Of a stretch of DNA of 31,424 nt, positions 14,772-24,389 are shown in pieces (the stretch's first letter is position 1; every line of letters starts with the position of its first letter). Both the position numbers and the translations under genes were made by a program. Source of the stretch: a virus (lineage: Duplodnaviria; Caudoviricetes); IMG/VR virus record IMGVR_UViG_3300037851_000161, positions 1-31,424 of that record. The stretch is one strand, 5' to 3'. The notes beneath the pieces are model-generated. The model made no database searches, was not told the origin of the DNA, and was given only the letters and a program-made list of their open reading frames with translations.

Positions 14772-16361
14772 TTAGTTGTGCTGGAAAGCCCTCATGTGCG
14801 TCTGCGTAATCATCGTGTTTGAATCAACAGTGCCAGCCCAAGTCACGACAACATTTAGCGTGATAGCGGCAGTAGTATCAACCGACACTGAGTAACTTCC
14901 TAGCGCGTTGTCGAGACTAACAGCCGCCAGTCCCGGCATGAACAACATGCCTGCGACATTGACCGGAGCGCTGGCTCCAGCGGCAGCCGTTCCCTCGATT
15001 ATGAACCGTCCGTACCCGCCACGGTCCGAGAGGTTCGCGGTCATGACTTGGTTTGCGGCCATGCAATATAGAGACGTGCTGCCAGCCCGCAAACACAACT
15101 GCATCCCGCCTACTGAGGATGCAGGCGTCACGATGTTGTAGCCCACTGTTACCTCGATGACAACACCGGTAACTAAGTGCCCTGCCGGTATCGTACACGT
15201 ATTCCCAAACTGCACACTCGTCGCGGCCGAGTTTACCTCTTCCGCCGATGCGCCGCCGGTGCATGTCAGCGTATGCGGAACAACAAATGATGCATCCGGG
15301 AAATGGATCGTTCTGTTGGTGCTGGAGTATGTCTGGAATGTCGTCGTCGTTGCTGTTGCTTGCGTCGTAGGAGTGAATGCTATTTTCTTGGTCTCGTCAG
15401 TGCTGTCCGTGTGGTATACGGTAAGTAGCAGGTTCTTACTTCCGATGGTTTGTTGCTGGCCTGCTGTTACGTAATATCGGCACGCCGTACCATCAGAAAC
15501 GCACATGAACTTCGTGGTTGAGTTGTAACTGATGTTACCTGCGCTCGTGCTAGGGCCACTGGCGACAGTAGGCAGGATGATTGTTGCAGCGGCAAAGTTG
15601 TTCGCCGCTGTCCACGTGTTAGACGCGCCTAGATATGCATCGCCGCCGCCGCCGCCGCCAGAAGTCCATGTACACGTGCTTACGCCGCCGGATGGAGCAG
15701 AGCACGATATCACCTGATCGTCGAGCGGGTCTGTATCTGGATAGACCAGGGTTAGTGATGTCGATCTTGAATCAGGCGCTTTGATCGAGAAGAAATCGTT
15801 CCCGTTGGCTGCCAGCTCGACGAGCGAGATACTTCCAGCTACGGTCCCATCGCCGGATGATACGCCACCTGGGAACGCGCCGAGACCGGAATCATTCACC
15901 GTAGCGATGCTGTTTTGCAGGATTCTCCCGCTCGTCAGATTCCATCTCGCGACCGCGTTATCTGTCGAGCTTGCCGGGCCGCTCAGGCCAAGGCTCGGAG
16001 TAGCGACAACTCCGGTCTCAATCGCCGATACCGTCGTCGTTGTCGGTGATGCTGGAACAACCCAGTATCTCGTATATGCGCTGCCTCGATCTGGTGTATA
16101 TCTCACGCTGTAAGACGAGCCCTCCGGGTAACATCCCTCGTTGGCAATCATCGTCAGGTTGAGAACTCCACTCGCAATCGTGTAGCTTTTCATCACTGCT
16201 GGATAAGTGCGCACACCGCACGTCATTGCTTGTGATTGTATGTCGAGACGGCCATTGAAAAGGTCTCCATCAAACGCATTGCGCAGTGTGTCCGTCACCG
16301 TGATCGTAGTTTGCGCAATCGCCGATAGAGACAATAGGAGTGTGGCGAAGAGTATCTTCAC
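14772..16361 (-). CDS. Tail-fibre-like protein with N-terminal signal peptide
   Basis: GTG start (GTGA overlap, GGAGG RBS); KILFATLLLSLSAIA|QT; fibre motifs GVLNLTMIANEGCYPEGSSYSVRY, GPASSTDNAVARW, ELAANGNDFFSIKAP, DSTDETKKIAF. Confidence 0.8.
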   Translation of the reverse strand: MKILFATLLLSLSAIAQTTITVTDTLRNAFDGDLFNGRLDIQSQAMTCGVRTYPAVMKSYTIASGVLNLTMIANEGCYPEGSSYSVRYTPDRGSAYTRYWVVPASPTTTTVSAIETGVVATPSLGLSGPASSTDNAVARWNLTSGRILQNSIATVNDSGLGAFPGGVSSGDGTVAGSISLVELAANGNDFFSIKAPDSRSTSLTLVYPDTDPLDDQVISCSAPSGGVSTCTWTSGGGGGGDAYLGASNTWTAANNFAAATIILPTVASGPSTSAGNISYNSTTKFMCVSDGTACRYYVTAGQQQTIGSKNLLLTVYHTDSTDETKKIAFTPTTQATATTTTFQTYSSTNRTIHFPDASFVVPHTLTCTGGASAEEVNSAATSVQFGNTCTIPAGHLVTGVVIEVTVGYNIVTPASSVGGMQLCLRAGSTSLYCMAANQVMTANLSDRGGYGRFIIEGTAAAGASAPVNVAGMLFMPGLAAVSLDNALGSYSVSVDTTAAITLNVVVTWAGTVDSNTMITQTHMRAFQHN

Positions 16362-17680
16362 GCGAGAATCCCTCCAGCAAAACCGATGTTGCACGATGCC
16401 TCAATGTCGCTGCCGCCAGCGATAGATAATGCTCCATCAACTAAGTCATCCGGGTAGCAATTGTTCCCAACCATGCGGCAGTTGTTGATACCTTCCAGCA
16501 GAATCCCGTACGAGGCGCTCGATGCGAACGCAACATCCGTGCAGTTGTTTCCATCGATGAGTAACCGATGAGAGTACGACGCAACAAGGTTCGAGTATCG
16601 AGGCGATGAATACAGCCGTGAATTGATGTGGCACAAATTCCCAGAGATCGTGTGCCCCTGCCCGGAATACAGATAGATTCCATGCTGGCCGTTGAATCGC
16701 ACGGAACATCCGATGATGCGGCACCCAACAGAACCAGATAGCAAAATCCCATGGCCGTTGTTAGTCAGTACTTCGCACCCAGTTAGCTTAGTGAATGAGC
16801 CGTACGGCTTGTAGTAGCCACCAGATCCGTTGAAGTTGATGTGACAGTTTGTCCAGGTCTCATCGCCGGGAGGCTGTATTGATGTGCCTCCAGCAGCTTC
16901 AACAACTCCCCACAGATTGTGCGCGAGTATCCAACAGTCCGTGAAATTCACCTCGTCCGCCATGCCTGAAAATCCGTTTTCTAGGTTGGACCAGTTCTCC
17001 AGCCGCACCCCATCATCTGTGCCGTTCACGATGCGGCAGGACACAAAGTGCGAGTAAGCAGAATTGCGCACTAACAATGTCGCGGTCCCGCCTGAAGATG
17101 ATTGATACTGCCTGCTCCCGTTCAGCGCAACGCCGAATATTCTGCTGTGATAGCACTCCTGCATCCACAGCAGCGGATTCGTGTTTCCTCCTGGCTTGAG
17201 GATAAGATTACCGCCCTCGAACGTAAGCCCGTTCCAGTCTGTTACTCGGTGCCCCATGCTCCATATCGAAGCGCCTTGCCGCTCGCAGTACAGCGGCCCT
17301 GTCAGAAAGCAATAGTCGCTCGGGAGATATACGACTGGCAACGTGTCTATTGCTTCTTGTAGCGCCGCGGTATCGTCCGTGCCATATAGCATCCTCGATC
17401 CGATTGCCGTTGTTCCAGCAGCCACGGACGATCGGAACGAGTCCGTTGACAGAACTTCGTCGATGGTCCCGACGAGCGGAGCCGTTCCTTCACCGGCACC
17501 AACTACGCCGAATACCTTTCCAACATCGTTGCCGGTGAGTTCATTGCTGACATCTGTCACAACGTCACTTAGTATTTCGGTCGATGCGTCGCAATACCGT
17601 GCGTCTCCGACGGCACCGAACGACAGGGGAGTCGCTATCGTTCCGTTGATGTCGCTTTGCAGGATCGGGATAGAAGGCAA
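16358..17680 (-). CDS. Right-handed beta-helix tail spike (pectate lyase-like depolymerase)
   Basis: FGAVGD, GTDDTAALQEAIDT, repeated N..HGI.L / I.GN.C rungs; TTG start with GGAGG; no signal peptide. Confidence 0.85.
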   Translation of the reverse strand: MPSIPILQSDINGTIATPLSFGAVGDARYCDASTEILSDVVTDVSNELTGNDVGKVFGVVGAGEGTAPLVGTIDEVLSTDSFRSSVAAGTTAIGSRMLYGTDDTAALQEAIDTLPVVYLPSDYCFLTGPLYCERQGASIWSMGHRVTDWNGLTFEGGNLILKPGGNTNPLLWMQECYHSRIFGVALNGSRQYQSSSGGTATLLVRNSAYSHFVSCRIVNGTDDGVRLENWSNLENGFSGMADEVNFTDCWILAHNLWGVVEAAGGTSIQPPGDETWTNCHINFNGSGGYYKPYGSFTKLTGCEVLTNNGHGILLSGSVGCRIIGCSVRFNGQHGIYLYSGQGHTISGNLCHINSRLYSSPRYSNLVASYSHRLLIDGNNCTDVAFASSASYGILLEGINNCRMVGNNCYPDDLVDGALSIAGGSDIEASCNIGFAGGILA

Positions 17681-19045
17681 TTAGTACGGTTCGCCTCCGT
17701 CGTGAGTGATCGTACCATCACTTCCTCCAGAGCCACCGCTTTGCGTCGATGATGTGATGATAGTGCCACCTCTCAGTTCCTTGAAAAAGCGAATCGCATC
17801 CTGCAACATCGGACCCGATGCCGCGGTGATATCGACCTGGATTCCGATGTTCGATAGATTCGCGAATCTCAACCCGGTAATCAGATAATGTCCAACCGCA
17901 TCGGCGGCAGCGACATCAAACCACAGTCGCTCGCCTAGCGAAAGAGACAAGCACGATGGCTCTAAGAACGTGTTGGTCGTCGCTGTTATTTCTTCGCTCA
18001 ATGCCGCGCGATCCGACAGTATCGCATTGGCCAAAGCCTCAGATTCTCCCTGTGTCGATGGAGTCTGGGATTCCGTGATGTATTCGTATCGCCCAGATGT
18101 ACCCTCTAATAGTTGGCGTGCTGCTATCTCGTCGTCGTCCTGGACTGTGATGACACGCGAGTCTTGTCCGATGTAGACGACTTCGAGAGTATCTCCACCC
18201 GTCAACACTGTCTGTCCAGAATCTTGCGTGAGAGTATTCGAGCCGACCTGCCAGTACCACTGTGCCGTACCGCCGATTATGTCAACGGTCTGAATGACGG
18301 AGTTGACCGTAACTGTCGGAGTAGAAGCGATACCGTACGTCAGTTCAAATGTCCTCGTACTGCCGTTGCCATTCATTGATTCTGTTTGCTCGTCGGTGAT
18401 GTAGTTGCCGACGCGAACATGAACAACGTTGGCGTACTCCTCACGCGACTCTCGAACCGACAGCTCGGATATGTTACTCGAATTTATCACGACAGAAGAT
18501 GTGTAACCTGCTTTGTCGTGCCATCGAAGTTCCTTGTCAAACGTTACTCGCCACACGTAGCCAGTTATCGCTTTGAGGCTGTCGAGTGCTTGTGAAACAG
18601 TCGCGTAATCGACGCTGAATGACTCTACGTTCGTCCCTGTCGCGACATACGTAAGTCCGATGTCTTCGTCCGTGAGATACGTGTTCGCGATGTCTTGGAC
18701 GATGGTTCCACTGGGCAGATTAGTCCACGTCCGTTGATCTGTCATCCGCCTGTCGAGCGCATGAGTGTAGTCCGTGACGGCTGATGCAGTCGTCAGAGCG
18801 TAGACTCCATCGGCACCATACGCAACAGTTCTCGTAACGCTGTTCACCGTGCCAGTAAACAGCGTTACTCCCATCGCGGAAAAGTCTATCGGCTGTCCTA
18901 TTGCCGGGCCGAAGACATCATCAGACTTGCACTTGAAGGTGAAATCAGCAGACCATCGCGCGCCGAAAGAGCCGTTGATGCTGAACTCTTCGAGATACTG
19001 TTTTTTCTCGAATCCACCGACGAGACAGCTATGCGTGAATGGCAT
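17681..19045 (-). CDS. Tail tip / baseplate hub protein
   Basis: Immediately after the tape measure; LFTGTV, G.IV.DI, ALDSL...GYVWRV, YANVVHV patterns. Confidence 0.75.
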   Translation of the reverse strand: MPFTHSCLVGGFEKKQYLEEFSINGSFGARWSADFTFKCKSDDVFGPAIGQPIDFSAMGVTLFTGTVNSVTRTVAYGADGVYALTTASAVTDYTHALDRRMTDQRTWTNLPSGTIVQDIANTYLTDEDIGLTYVATGTNVESFSVDYATVSQALDSLKAITGYVWRVTFDKELRWHDKAGYTSSVVINSSNISELSVRESREEYANVVHVRVGNYITDEQTESMNGNGSTRTFELTYGIASTPTVTVNSVIQTVDIIGGTAQWYWQVGSNTLTQDSGQTVLTGGDTLEVVYIGQDSRVITVQDDDEIAARQLLEGTSGRYEYITESQTPSTQGESEALANAILSDRAALSEEITATTNTFLEPSCLSLSLGERLWFDVAAADAVGHYLITGLRFANLSNIGIQVDITAASGPMLQDAIRFFKELRGGTIITSSTQSGGSGGSDGTITHDGGEPY

Positions 19046-19048
19046 CAG

Positions 19049-21088
19049 TTACAATCTCTGTTTGATCGCTCTTACGATCTCATCAGCCATGGCCTGAGGG
19101 TTGTTTGTGTTGGTGTTTATGGTGATATTCCACGTCGATCCGGCGCCGCCAATTGAGCCACCAACACCGGCGACGGCCAGCTGGTTCCCGTCTGTAAACA
19201 CTTTGATCCCGACCGTACGGAATTCAATCAGCCTCGCGTGTATTCCCTCCAGGGACGGTAGGTAGCGATTGAGCGCCGGCTGAATTCCGTCTGTTAACTG
19301 GCTGAGAATTCCTCGCGATGTAACTTCGAGCCGCGCGATATCCTTGCCCTGGCTCGCCGATTGAAACAGTCCGATCACGCCGGTGACAGCAGAACTGATC
19401 GACGCGAAGGAACTAACGACGCTACTAATCCCCTTTGTCGCCGCGCTTAGGAATCCGCCAGCAGAACTGGCCGCACTATTGACCGAGCTACCAAACACGC
19501 TACTAAGTCCTGGAATGTTTCCGAGTAGTCCGCCAAGAGCTTTCCCGATGTCTGCAAACACGCCTTGCACGAGACTTCGCGTAAGGCTCTTGGCGATGTC
19601 GATGCCAACTTGCTTCATCACTTCGCCGAATTTTTTGCCAGAGAAAATGGCGTCTGCGATGCCGCGGGAAAGATCAGTGATGATCGTCGATACTTCGATC
19701 AACGGTTTCTGCGCGTCCTGGAAAGAATCCTTGAGTTCCTTGACGCTCTTTTTCTCAGCGCCGAACATCACATCCTGCGCGGCGTGTCGCTTCCACGCGT
19801 CGCTCATATCCACGAATGCTACTTTTGCAAAAACCAGTTCTCGGTTCAGTAACTCAGTAGCAAACGCAATCCCTTCGATATTGTCAGTTACCTCAAGCAG
19901 TGGGCCTGTCGGTGGAAGAAAATCAGGAAACTTAGTTATGCCGGTCAGGTGCTGAATCCATCGAGACCGCTCGATTGCAGCGCTTGCTTCCGCGAATTCG
20001 CGGGCATTTTTTCGTAGCGCGTCGTCCAATTTTTCGATGGCCTTTGCGGCCTTGCTCGCCTCCTCTTCCGCGGCCTTGATTTCAGCTTTCGTTTTTCCCG
20101 TGATGATTGTCAGCCCCTCTCCGGTGAGGACGTTTTTCCCGAGAGACTTTTCGACAACGGATGCTGGAATATCAATTACATCAATACCGAGTTGCTTTCG
20201 CTGGAACTTATCAAACTCCTCAAACTCACGCTTTACATTTTCCCACGTCGAGCCACTTACAGCGTTAAGCAACCCGGCGAGAGCATTTGTGACAAGCTTA
20301 ATTGCAGGCTCTATCTTCTTACCTAACGTGTTAGCGAAGTTGTCCCAGGCATCGCCGAGATTGCTCAATTCGTTTTGCATCGTGCCCGCTGCTTTTGGGA
20401 GTTTCTCTGTTGCGGTAATGATGCCGTCGATGAATTCCTGAGCGCCAAGGCCAGACTTTTGTAACTGCTCAGTGTCGGCTGTGCCAAACGCATCTTTCAT
20501 TAGCTGTCGGATCTGCGGTAACCGCTCGGCTAATTGATTGATTTCCTCCGCCGATACCTTGCCCTTTCCAACGATCTGTTGCAGCGCTTTGATTACGCCA
20601 TCGAGATCCTCCTTGCCGCGGCCAACTAAGGCCAGCGCATTCCCGAATCCCTCGATGGCGCGACGCGCTGTCTCCGCTTGTAGTCCCGCGCCCTGTAGCG
20701 CTATGCTCCCCTGTATCGCCTCCTTCATGCCGAGGCCTGGAAGCTCGGCTGTCTTCTTTAGTTTCTCCAATTCCTGTCGCGCTAACTCGCTTGATCCCAT
20801 CATTGCCGCAAGGCCCTTTTCCAGGGATTCAAATTGGAGGCGCGTTTCGAAAATGTTTTTCCCTATCGCTGCGATTCCTGCGCCAATTCCGACGACGCCG
20901 AAAGCTTGCGATAACTTGCCGATGCTTCCCGCTAGCGAGCTAATCGTGCCGTCAGTTCCGCTGATAGACTTGGGCAGCTTACTTATCTCGGAGGAAAATC
21001 CGCTTACCGCTTTCTCGCTCTGCTGTGTCGCGGTGCGGAAGCTCGTCGAGTCCCCGAGTATGCGGACGAGTAACTCCCTAATTGCCAT
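19049..21088 (-). CDS. Tail tape measure protein
   Basis: IRELLVRILGDSTSF; tape-measure N-terminal domain ALQQIVGKGKVSAEEINQLAERLP; Ala/Gly-rich helical body. Confidence 0.95.
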   Translation of the reverse strand: MAIRELLVRILGDSTSFRTATQQSEKAVSGFSSEISKLPKSISGTDGTISSLAGSIGKLSQAFGVVGIGAGIAAIGKNIFETRLQFESLEKGLAAMMGSSELARQELEKLKKTAELPGLGMKEAIQGSIALQGAGLQAETARRAIEGFGNALALVGRGKEDLDGVIKALQQIVGKGKVSAEEINQLAERLPQIRQLMKDAFGTADTEQLQKSGLGAQEFIDGIITATEKLPKAAGTMQNELSNLGDAWDNFANTLGKKIEPAIKLVTNALAGLLNAVSGSTWENVKREFEEFDKFQRKQLGIDVIDIPASVVEKSLGKNVLTGEGLTIITGKTKAEIKAAEEEASKAAKAIEKLDDALRKNAREFAEASAAIERSRWIQHLTGITKFPDFLPPTGPLLEVTDNIEGIAFATELLNRELVFAKVAFVDMSDAWKRHAAQDVMFGAEKKSVKELKDSFQDAQKPLIEVSTIITDLSRGIADAIFSGKKFGEVMKQVGIDIAKSLTRSLVQGVFADIGKALGGLLGNIPGLSSVFGSSVNSAASSAGGFLSAATKGISSVVSSFASISSAVTGVIGLFQSASQGKDIARLEVTSRGILSQLTDGIQPALNRYLPSLEGIHARLIEFRTVGIKVFTDGNQLAVAGVGGSIGGAGSTWNITINTNTNNPQAMADEIVRAIKQRL

Positions 21089-21766
21089 GCTTCAGCCTCA
21101 TTAGTCCTTCCGACATAGCGCGTGCGCTCATTTCCATCGCTTTTTGGCTGGAGTCTTTCTGTGGTACAGAAGGCATAAACGTCTCGATCGGTAACTTACC
21201 GCCGAGCGCCGAGGAGATGATAAAAGGCGTCCACGCTGTACGCAATTCCTCCATCTGAAACTCCTCAGATAGTATCTCCTGCATTGCTGCCAGACGCCGA
21301 GGAGTTAGGCTGATGAACTCTTCCTCGCTTACCCGGTAGTGGTATCGGCACCAACTGTATAGCCTGTCCCAGTCGAGTTCCCGAAAATCGGGCTTGCCCC
21401 GAAGATCGCCTTCGCGCCCGGCATCACTGTCTCGAAAAAATCCTTCACCGCTGCATCGACAACGTTGCCGAGTTTCGCGCGATCCTCAAAGGAAATCGGC
21501 ATCGCATCCTCGATCCATTCAATCGTCACGTCTGGTTTCGCGTGTTGCAGTCCGACAAACAGTATCAGCGTGATCTGCCACAGTGACGACGACTCCAGGA
21601 ATACGCGCGTAGTCAGTGGGAACAACGCTCCGTATCCATCCGCTTTTTCCTGCTCTGTAAGTTGCGCCTTCCACTTACGCTCGGCTCTAAGAAAATCGCC
21701 GATCTGAAATCGGAGGGCGAGCAATTGCCCTCCGATCTCGACCATGCGCGGCTCAGGAGCTAACAT
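21078..21766 (-). CDS. Tail assembly chaperone GT (-1 frameshift fusion)
   Basis: -1 frame open from the slippery site: FRDSD...LDWDRLYSWCRYHYRVSEEEFISLTPRRLAAMQEIL..., typical gpT EF..LTP motif. Confidence 0.8.
21329..21766 (-). CDS. Tail assembly chaperone G
   Basis: Between tail tube and tape measure; GGAGG RBS before ATG 21766; EIGGQ..LRF and GLQH..P motifs. Confidence 0.85.
   Translation of the reverse strand: MLAPEPRMVEIGGQLLALRFQIGDFLRAERKWKAQLTEQEKADGYGALFPLTTRVFLESSSLWQITLILFVGLQHAKPDVTIEWIEDAMPISFEDRAKLGNVVDAAVKDFFETVMPGAKAIFGASPIFGNSTGTGYTVGADTTTG
21434..21440 (-). other. Programmed -1 frameshift slippery heptamer T TTT TTC
   Basis: In-frame GAT TTT TTC gives X XXY YYZ, and the -1 frame stays open to 21078. 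Confidence 0.8.
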
Positions 21767-21790
21767 GTGAACCTCCCGGTTACTCGACAT

Positions 21791-22198
21791 TTAGACCGAC
21801 CAGTCGCCAGACATCAGAAGCTCAACGTTGGTCCGGCCTGCGTTGTTGCCCTGTATCGTCGGCGTGAACTGTGATACGGTTGCGGCAAACGTAAGCACGT
21901 TGTTTGTCCCGGCGAACGGCAACAGCGCCTTGTAATTCAGCGCGGTCGTGTTGTTTTTGCGCGTCAGGAGAAACTGATGTGATTCGCTCGTGGGGTCCCA
22001 GAACAGCGGCATACTCACAGTGATATCGCCTGGAGATCCGGGAAACGTTGTCGCGGATGACGCCTCAAGCGGCTTGATCGATACTTGATCCGCCGCGCCG
22101 CCCTGTATGTCAAACGACTCGACGCCGTTGATGTTGATGAACGTTCCGTTGGTGTGCTGCACCTGAACGATGGTGCCTTGCGTTGACCAATAGGCCAT
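21791..22198 (-). CDS. Major tail (tube) protein
   Basis: STQGT.V, I.GVESFD..GG.AD, PG.PGD, LTFAATVSQF, L.MSGD pattern; position. Confidence 0.88.
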   Translation of the reverse strand: MAYWSTQGTIVQVQHTNGTFININGVESFDIQGGAADQVSIKPLEASSATTFPGSPGDITVSMPLFWDPTSESHQFLLTRKNNTTALNYKALLPFAGTNNVLTFAATVSQFTPTIQGNNAGRTNVELLMSGDWSV

Positions 22199-22225
22199 GA
22201 CTGTTAGCTCCTAAGTGAAGTGGCC

Positions 22226-22639
22226 TCACGGCCTGTACTGCAATTCTATCTCGGTCACAACGATATACACATTCGCATCCCGATTCAATCCGCCATCAGA
22301 CCGCGATGACTGTATGCACTTAGTCACGGTGACATCGCCCATTGCGCCTGAGTAACCGTGACAGCGGGATCGAACGTGCTCGGATAGCAGATGCGCCTCT
22401 TCATGGATCGCGCTATGCGATTCTATGATCCATGTCGAATTCCACAGATGCCCTCCACGCTCAGCAATCAGATGCGGCATTGCGTCTGATTCGCTCGTCA
22501 GAGCATAGATGATCGCCGGGTCCGCCTGCTCTTCCACGGACTCTAGTCCATGCTCGACTGGGTACACGCGATCCGAGACCATTCCGGCGATAGTAGCATC
22601 GTCGAGAAGGAACGTGCGAAAACCTTCTACCAGCGTCAT
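22226..22639 (-). CDS. Tail terminator / tail completion protein (DUF3168-like)
   Basis: L..D.TI.GMVSDRVYP, PAIIY, A..L...VR...GYSG. Confidence 0.85.
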   Translation of the reverse strand: MTLVEGFRTFLLDDATIAGMVSDRVYPVEHGLESVEEQADPAIIYALTSESDAMPHLIAERGGHLWNSTWIIESHSAIHEEAHLLSEHVRSRCHGYSGAMGDVTVTKCIQSSRSDGGLNRDANVYIVVTEIELQYRP

Positions 22640-22893
22640 GCGCCACGACCCCACAAGTACGAGATAGCTTCCGAGTAAGCGGTAGAAAGTATGTCGCTCG
22701 CTCCCAATTCCGCCGCTCGGATTCCAGGCTCGAATGCTGGCTTTGCCGGTAATCTGCGACGAGTGCCACTTTCAAAAATTCTCGCGAGCGACATACCGAG
22801 CTTCGTTCCCTTCCCGCGCACTGCTGGCATAGCGAGATTGGAAGCAGCCTTTCTCCGCTTGATTCTCCTGCGCCTGATTACCGATCTCGCCAT
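22636..22893 (-). CDS. HK97 gp10-like neck protein, C-terminal part
   Basis: IFESGTRRRLPAKPAFEPG matches the gp10 E.GT..PA.PF.RPA motif; in frame with 22894-23286. Confidence 0.65.
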   Translation of the reverse strand: MARSVIRRRRIKRRKAASNLAMPAVRGKGTKLGMSLARIFESGTRRRLPAKPAFEPGIRAAELGASDILSTAYSEAISYLWGRGA

Positions 22894-23286
22894 CTACTTT
22901 TTCTGTCTCCGCTTATACGCCCGCAACCGCTTCACATCGGATCTTACGCTGCTGCCAGAAAACCACTCGCGGTACAATTCCTTGTCGCTTCGCGGTCCTG
23001 TCTTTATTCCGACGATGCTACTAATCTGTTGTATCTTTCCTCCTGGCTTTTGCGCGGCATAAAAAAACAAAGCTCGCTTCTTTAGCACGCTGGCCCAATC
23101 CCGCGAGTTCATCAACGTCCTGATGATTCCGGCAGTGAACTGCGATGCGCGAGTGATGCCGCGCTGTACGAGTGCCCTGCCGATCGCGGCATCAGATGAT
23201 CCGCCAGATTTCGCTACGCCATCGTGCAGGGCCTTGAATGCTCGGTGTAATTCCTTCACACCAGTTACCTGCACCGATGCGCTCAT
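22894..23286 (-). CDS. HK97 gp10-like neck protein, N-terminal part (ends at in-frame TAG)
   Basis: VQVTGVKELHRAFKAL typical gp10 N-terminus; position between head closure and tail terminator. Confidence 0.7.
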   Translation of the reverse strand: MSASVQVTGVKELHRAFKALHDGVAKSGGSSDAAIGRALVQRGITRASQFTAGIIRTLMNSRDWASVLKKRALFFYAAQKPGGKIQQISSIVGIKTGPRSDKELYREWFSGSSVRSDVKRLRAYKRRQKK

Positions 23287-23636
23287 TGTTGCTTGACCTC
23301 TTCTACGGTAAGTAGCTCCATCTCCCTGTTTCGCTCGCCGACATTCACCACGCCCTCAATGCGCCAGATCCTCGACCCGGAACGTAACCGCATGTTAGGC
23401 CTGATATCGGGTCTCCAGTGCGTGCGCCAGACACATGTGACAACGGGGACCAAGCGGTCCCCGCTATCACGCTCTGCGGGTTTCTGCTGCACCGCGCTTG
23501 ACATAACCGTGAACTGATACGTCCACGTCGAAGGGTCAATTTGGCCCGTTGGGCTTGCAGTCCCGATCAAAGCATCAACATCGAGTGGCGTCGAGTAACT
23601 ACCAATTCCAAATGATCCTGGCCCGCTTGTCTTCAT
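23283..23636 (-). CDS. Head closure / head-tail adaptor (SPP1 gp16-like)
   Basis: WRPDIRPNMRL..GSRIWRIEGVVNVGERNREMELL. Confidence 0.9.
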   Translation of the reverse strand: MKTSGPGSFGIGSYSTPLDVDALIGTASPTGQIDPSTWTYQFTVMSSAVQQKPAERDSGDRLVPVVTCVWRTHWRPDIRPNMRLRSGSRIWRIEGVVNVGERNREMELLTVEEVKQQ

Positions 23637-23639
23637 TCG

Positions 23640-24389
23640 TTATTCCGTAGGTGGAGGTACTTGCTTTAGCACATCGATTAGCTTTCCACTGAAGCGATAC
23701 GGCCCTTCGTGCGATAGATCAGCCGTCGCGTGCGCCCAGATGCGACCGCCAATGTGTTGCCACATGCGGCAGAACCCGAAATCCTCGGATAGAAACCTGC
23801 GATCCTCCGAGCCTACATCGATGATCGCGGAAAACAAATCGTATGACCAGCGTCTTTGCGACTCCGGCTGATGCGGCCCGAACGTGCATTTCCGTTCCGG
23901 GTAAGCATTCATCATGCGCAATAAGCACTGACGCGTAGCGCACATGAACCCAGTCGGTGCGTCCGCGAGTTCCATGAATCCACTTAGTGGGTGCTGGTAG
24001 ACCAAGCCAGCATTGTTGATGAAATTCGCTGGCCAGTCAATCGGCAAACATTTTTTCGGGTAGACTACGCACGCGAGATCGTGTCCGCCGAGTAACATGC
24101 CGCCCACTAAATCTGTTACTACTTGCGGCTCCCATCCAAGATCGGAATCGATGAATAGAAAATGCGTCATCGCATCGTCTTCCATCGCCTTAGCGACGAG
24201 TACGTTTCTCGCGCGCTGCACCAGCGAATCTCCGACCTCGGGAATATACCTCCATGGGATACCAACTCGACTAAGATGCTGCGTCGTTTCCATCAGAGAT
24301 CCCTGGTACAGCGCCTTCGGCCCTTCGGTTGGCGTCGCGATTGTCAGTTTGACGCCCCGGAAATTTACCGTCTCGGTTCTTGTCTCCAT
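23640..24389 (-). CDS. GT-A fold glycosyltransferase-like protein
   Basis: IATP, DSLVQRARN, THFLFIDSD (DxD), TGFM, LSEDFGFC..W..IGG.IW, LSHEG. Confidence 0.85.
   Translation of the reverse strand: METRTETVNFRGVKLTIATPTEGPKALYQGSLMETTQHLSRVGIPWRYIPEVGDSLVQRARNVLVAKAMEDDAMTHFLFIDSDLGWEPQVVTDLVGGMLLGGHDLACVVYPKKCLPIDWPANFINNAGLVYQHPLSGFMELADAPTGFMCATRQCLLRMMNAYPERKCTFGPHQPESQRRWSYDLFSAIIDVGSEDRRFLSEDFGFCRMWQHIGGRIWAHATADLSHEGPYRFSGKLIDVLKQVPPPTE

Noticed and set aside
10688-17680. Diversity-generating retroelement or invertase-driven fibre switching
   Set aside because: No reverse transcriptase or recombinase motifs, and I saw no template/variable repeat pair
17678-17683. Read-through fusion of hub and spike (TAA immediately followed by in-frame TTG); similar TAA-ATG junction at 21788-21793
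   Set aside because: TAA is an efficient stop, both downstream genes have their own GGAGG RBS, and tight junctions are common in this operon
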